A program made the position numbers and the translations under genes. A stretch of DNA of 64,000 nucleotides from Cyanobacteriota bacterium (GTDB lineage Bacteria > Cyanobacteriota > Cyanobacteriia > Thermostichales > Thermostichaceae), in the NCBI GenBank assembly GCA_033764955.1, contig JANRIL010000020.1:104621-168620 (forward strand). Direction: 5' to 3'. The notes beneath the pieces are model-generated. The model was not told the DNA's origin. It searched no databases and worked only from the letters and a program-made list of their open reading frames with translations. Shown piece by piece: positions 63,420-64,000 of this stretch (position 1 is the first letter of the stretch; the number at the start of each line of letters is the position of its first letter).

Positions 63420-64000
63420 GCGTAGCTTAACTTTTGAGGGGTTCGGGGAGCTACAAGTCCCGCGCTGTAGCTGTAGCTTGCTTCCTGCAGGGTAAGGTCA
63501 GCGTCGGGATGCATGGACACCCCGCGTCGATCAAGGGGTTTCTCCTGGGGAGACGCTCCGCGAACGATGCCCCGAAGATCGACAAACTATCTATCGGTTC
63601 TAACAGAAGATACAAATCTGTTAGAACATATATATACTATGTTGAACTTGACCTACACCTACCGAATCTATCCGGGACTTGACCAAGAAGCTCAAATGCT
63701 TGATTGGTTTGAGCAATGCCGTCGCGTGTATAACTACGCACTGGCAGAGCGCAAGGACTGGATCAACTCGCGTAAATGTCCGGTCAATGCTTGCAGCATT
63801 AGGCAGGAATACATCATCCCTGCTGACGCGCCCTATCCCGACTACTACAAGCAGCAAAACGCACTGACCAAAGGGAAAGAGGATATTCCAGAACTGAAAG
63901 CCGTTCACTCTCAAGTCTTGCAAGATGCTCTGAAACGATTGGATAAATCATTCAAGTTCATGCAGGAAAGAGGTTTTGGATTCCCTCGATTCAAAAAGTT
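63420..64000 (+). mobile_element. IS200/IS605-family (tnpB-only) element with nested end structures; continues beyond the window
   Basis: Hairpins at 63458-63509, 63526-63583 and 63597-63627, followed by tnpB; no GGGATCCC in this stretch. Confidence 0.75.
63639..64000 (+). CDS. tnpB: TnpB RNA-guided endonuclease (IS605 OrfB), 5' part
   Basis: Not in the ORF track. Manual translation: MLNLTYTYRIYP...CRRVYNYALAERKDW...VHSQVLQDALKRLDKSF...GFPRFKK. Confidence 0.92.
   Translation, partial: MLNLTYTYRIYPGLDQEAQMLDWFEQCRRVYNYALAERKDWINSRKCPVNACSIRQEYIIPADAPYPDYYKQQNALTKGKEDIPELKAVHSQVLQDALKRLDKSFKFMQERGFGFPRFKK

Overview
64-kb chromosomal window of a cyanobacterium. The octamer GGGATCCC, rather than the canonical HIP1 GCGATCGC, is strongly over-represented, as known for Thermostichus / hot-spring Synechococcus and relatives; this taxonomic placement is an inference. 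Most of the window is core genome: pnp, nrdJ, rtcB, glgC, accC, ccdA, yidC-jag-yceD, a DHS-like speY, tRNA-Ser(GGA), serA, sir, pyrG, hmpF and mnmG, plus many signalling proteins. Signals not explained by the ORF track are: (i) a HIP-free pocket at ~590-1890 with decayed toxin-antitoxin genes separated by integron attC-like hairpins and no integrase; (ii) six co-oriented DnaA boxes between two convergent genes at 7.15-7.31 kb, with no dnaA/dnaN nearby; (iii) an orphan ParA/MinD ATPase coupled to a coiled-coil partner ending in an FtsZ-tail-like peptide; (iv) a Pho box, a c-di-AMP riboswitch, an operator plus structured leader in front of rtcB, and a candidate sRNA upstream of mnmG; (v) a clade-II chlorite dismutase and a Met-rich secreted protein; (vi) a tnpB element at the right edge, preceded by an omegaRNA-like right end that carries small dispersed repeats. 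All family assignments come from motif recognition by eye; no searches were run.
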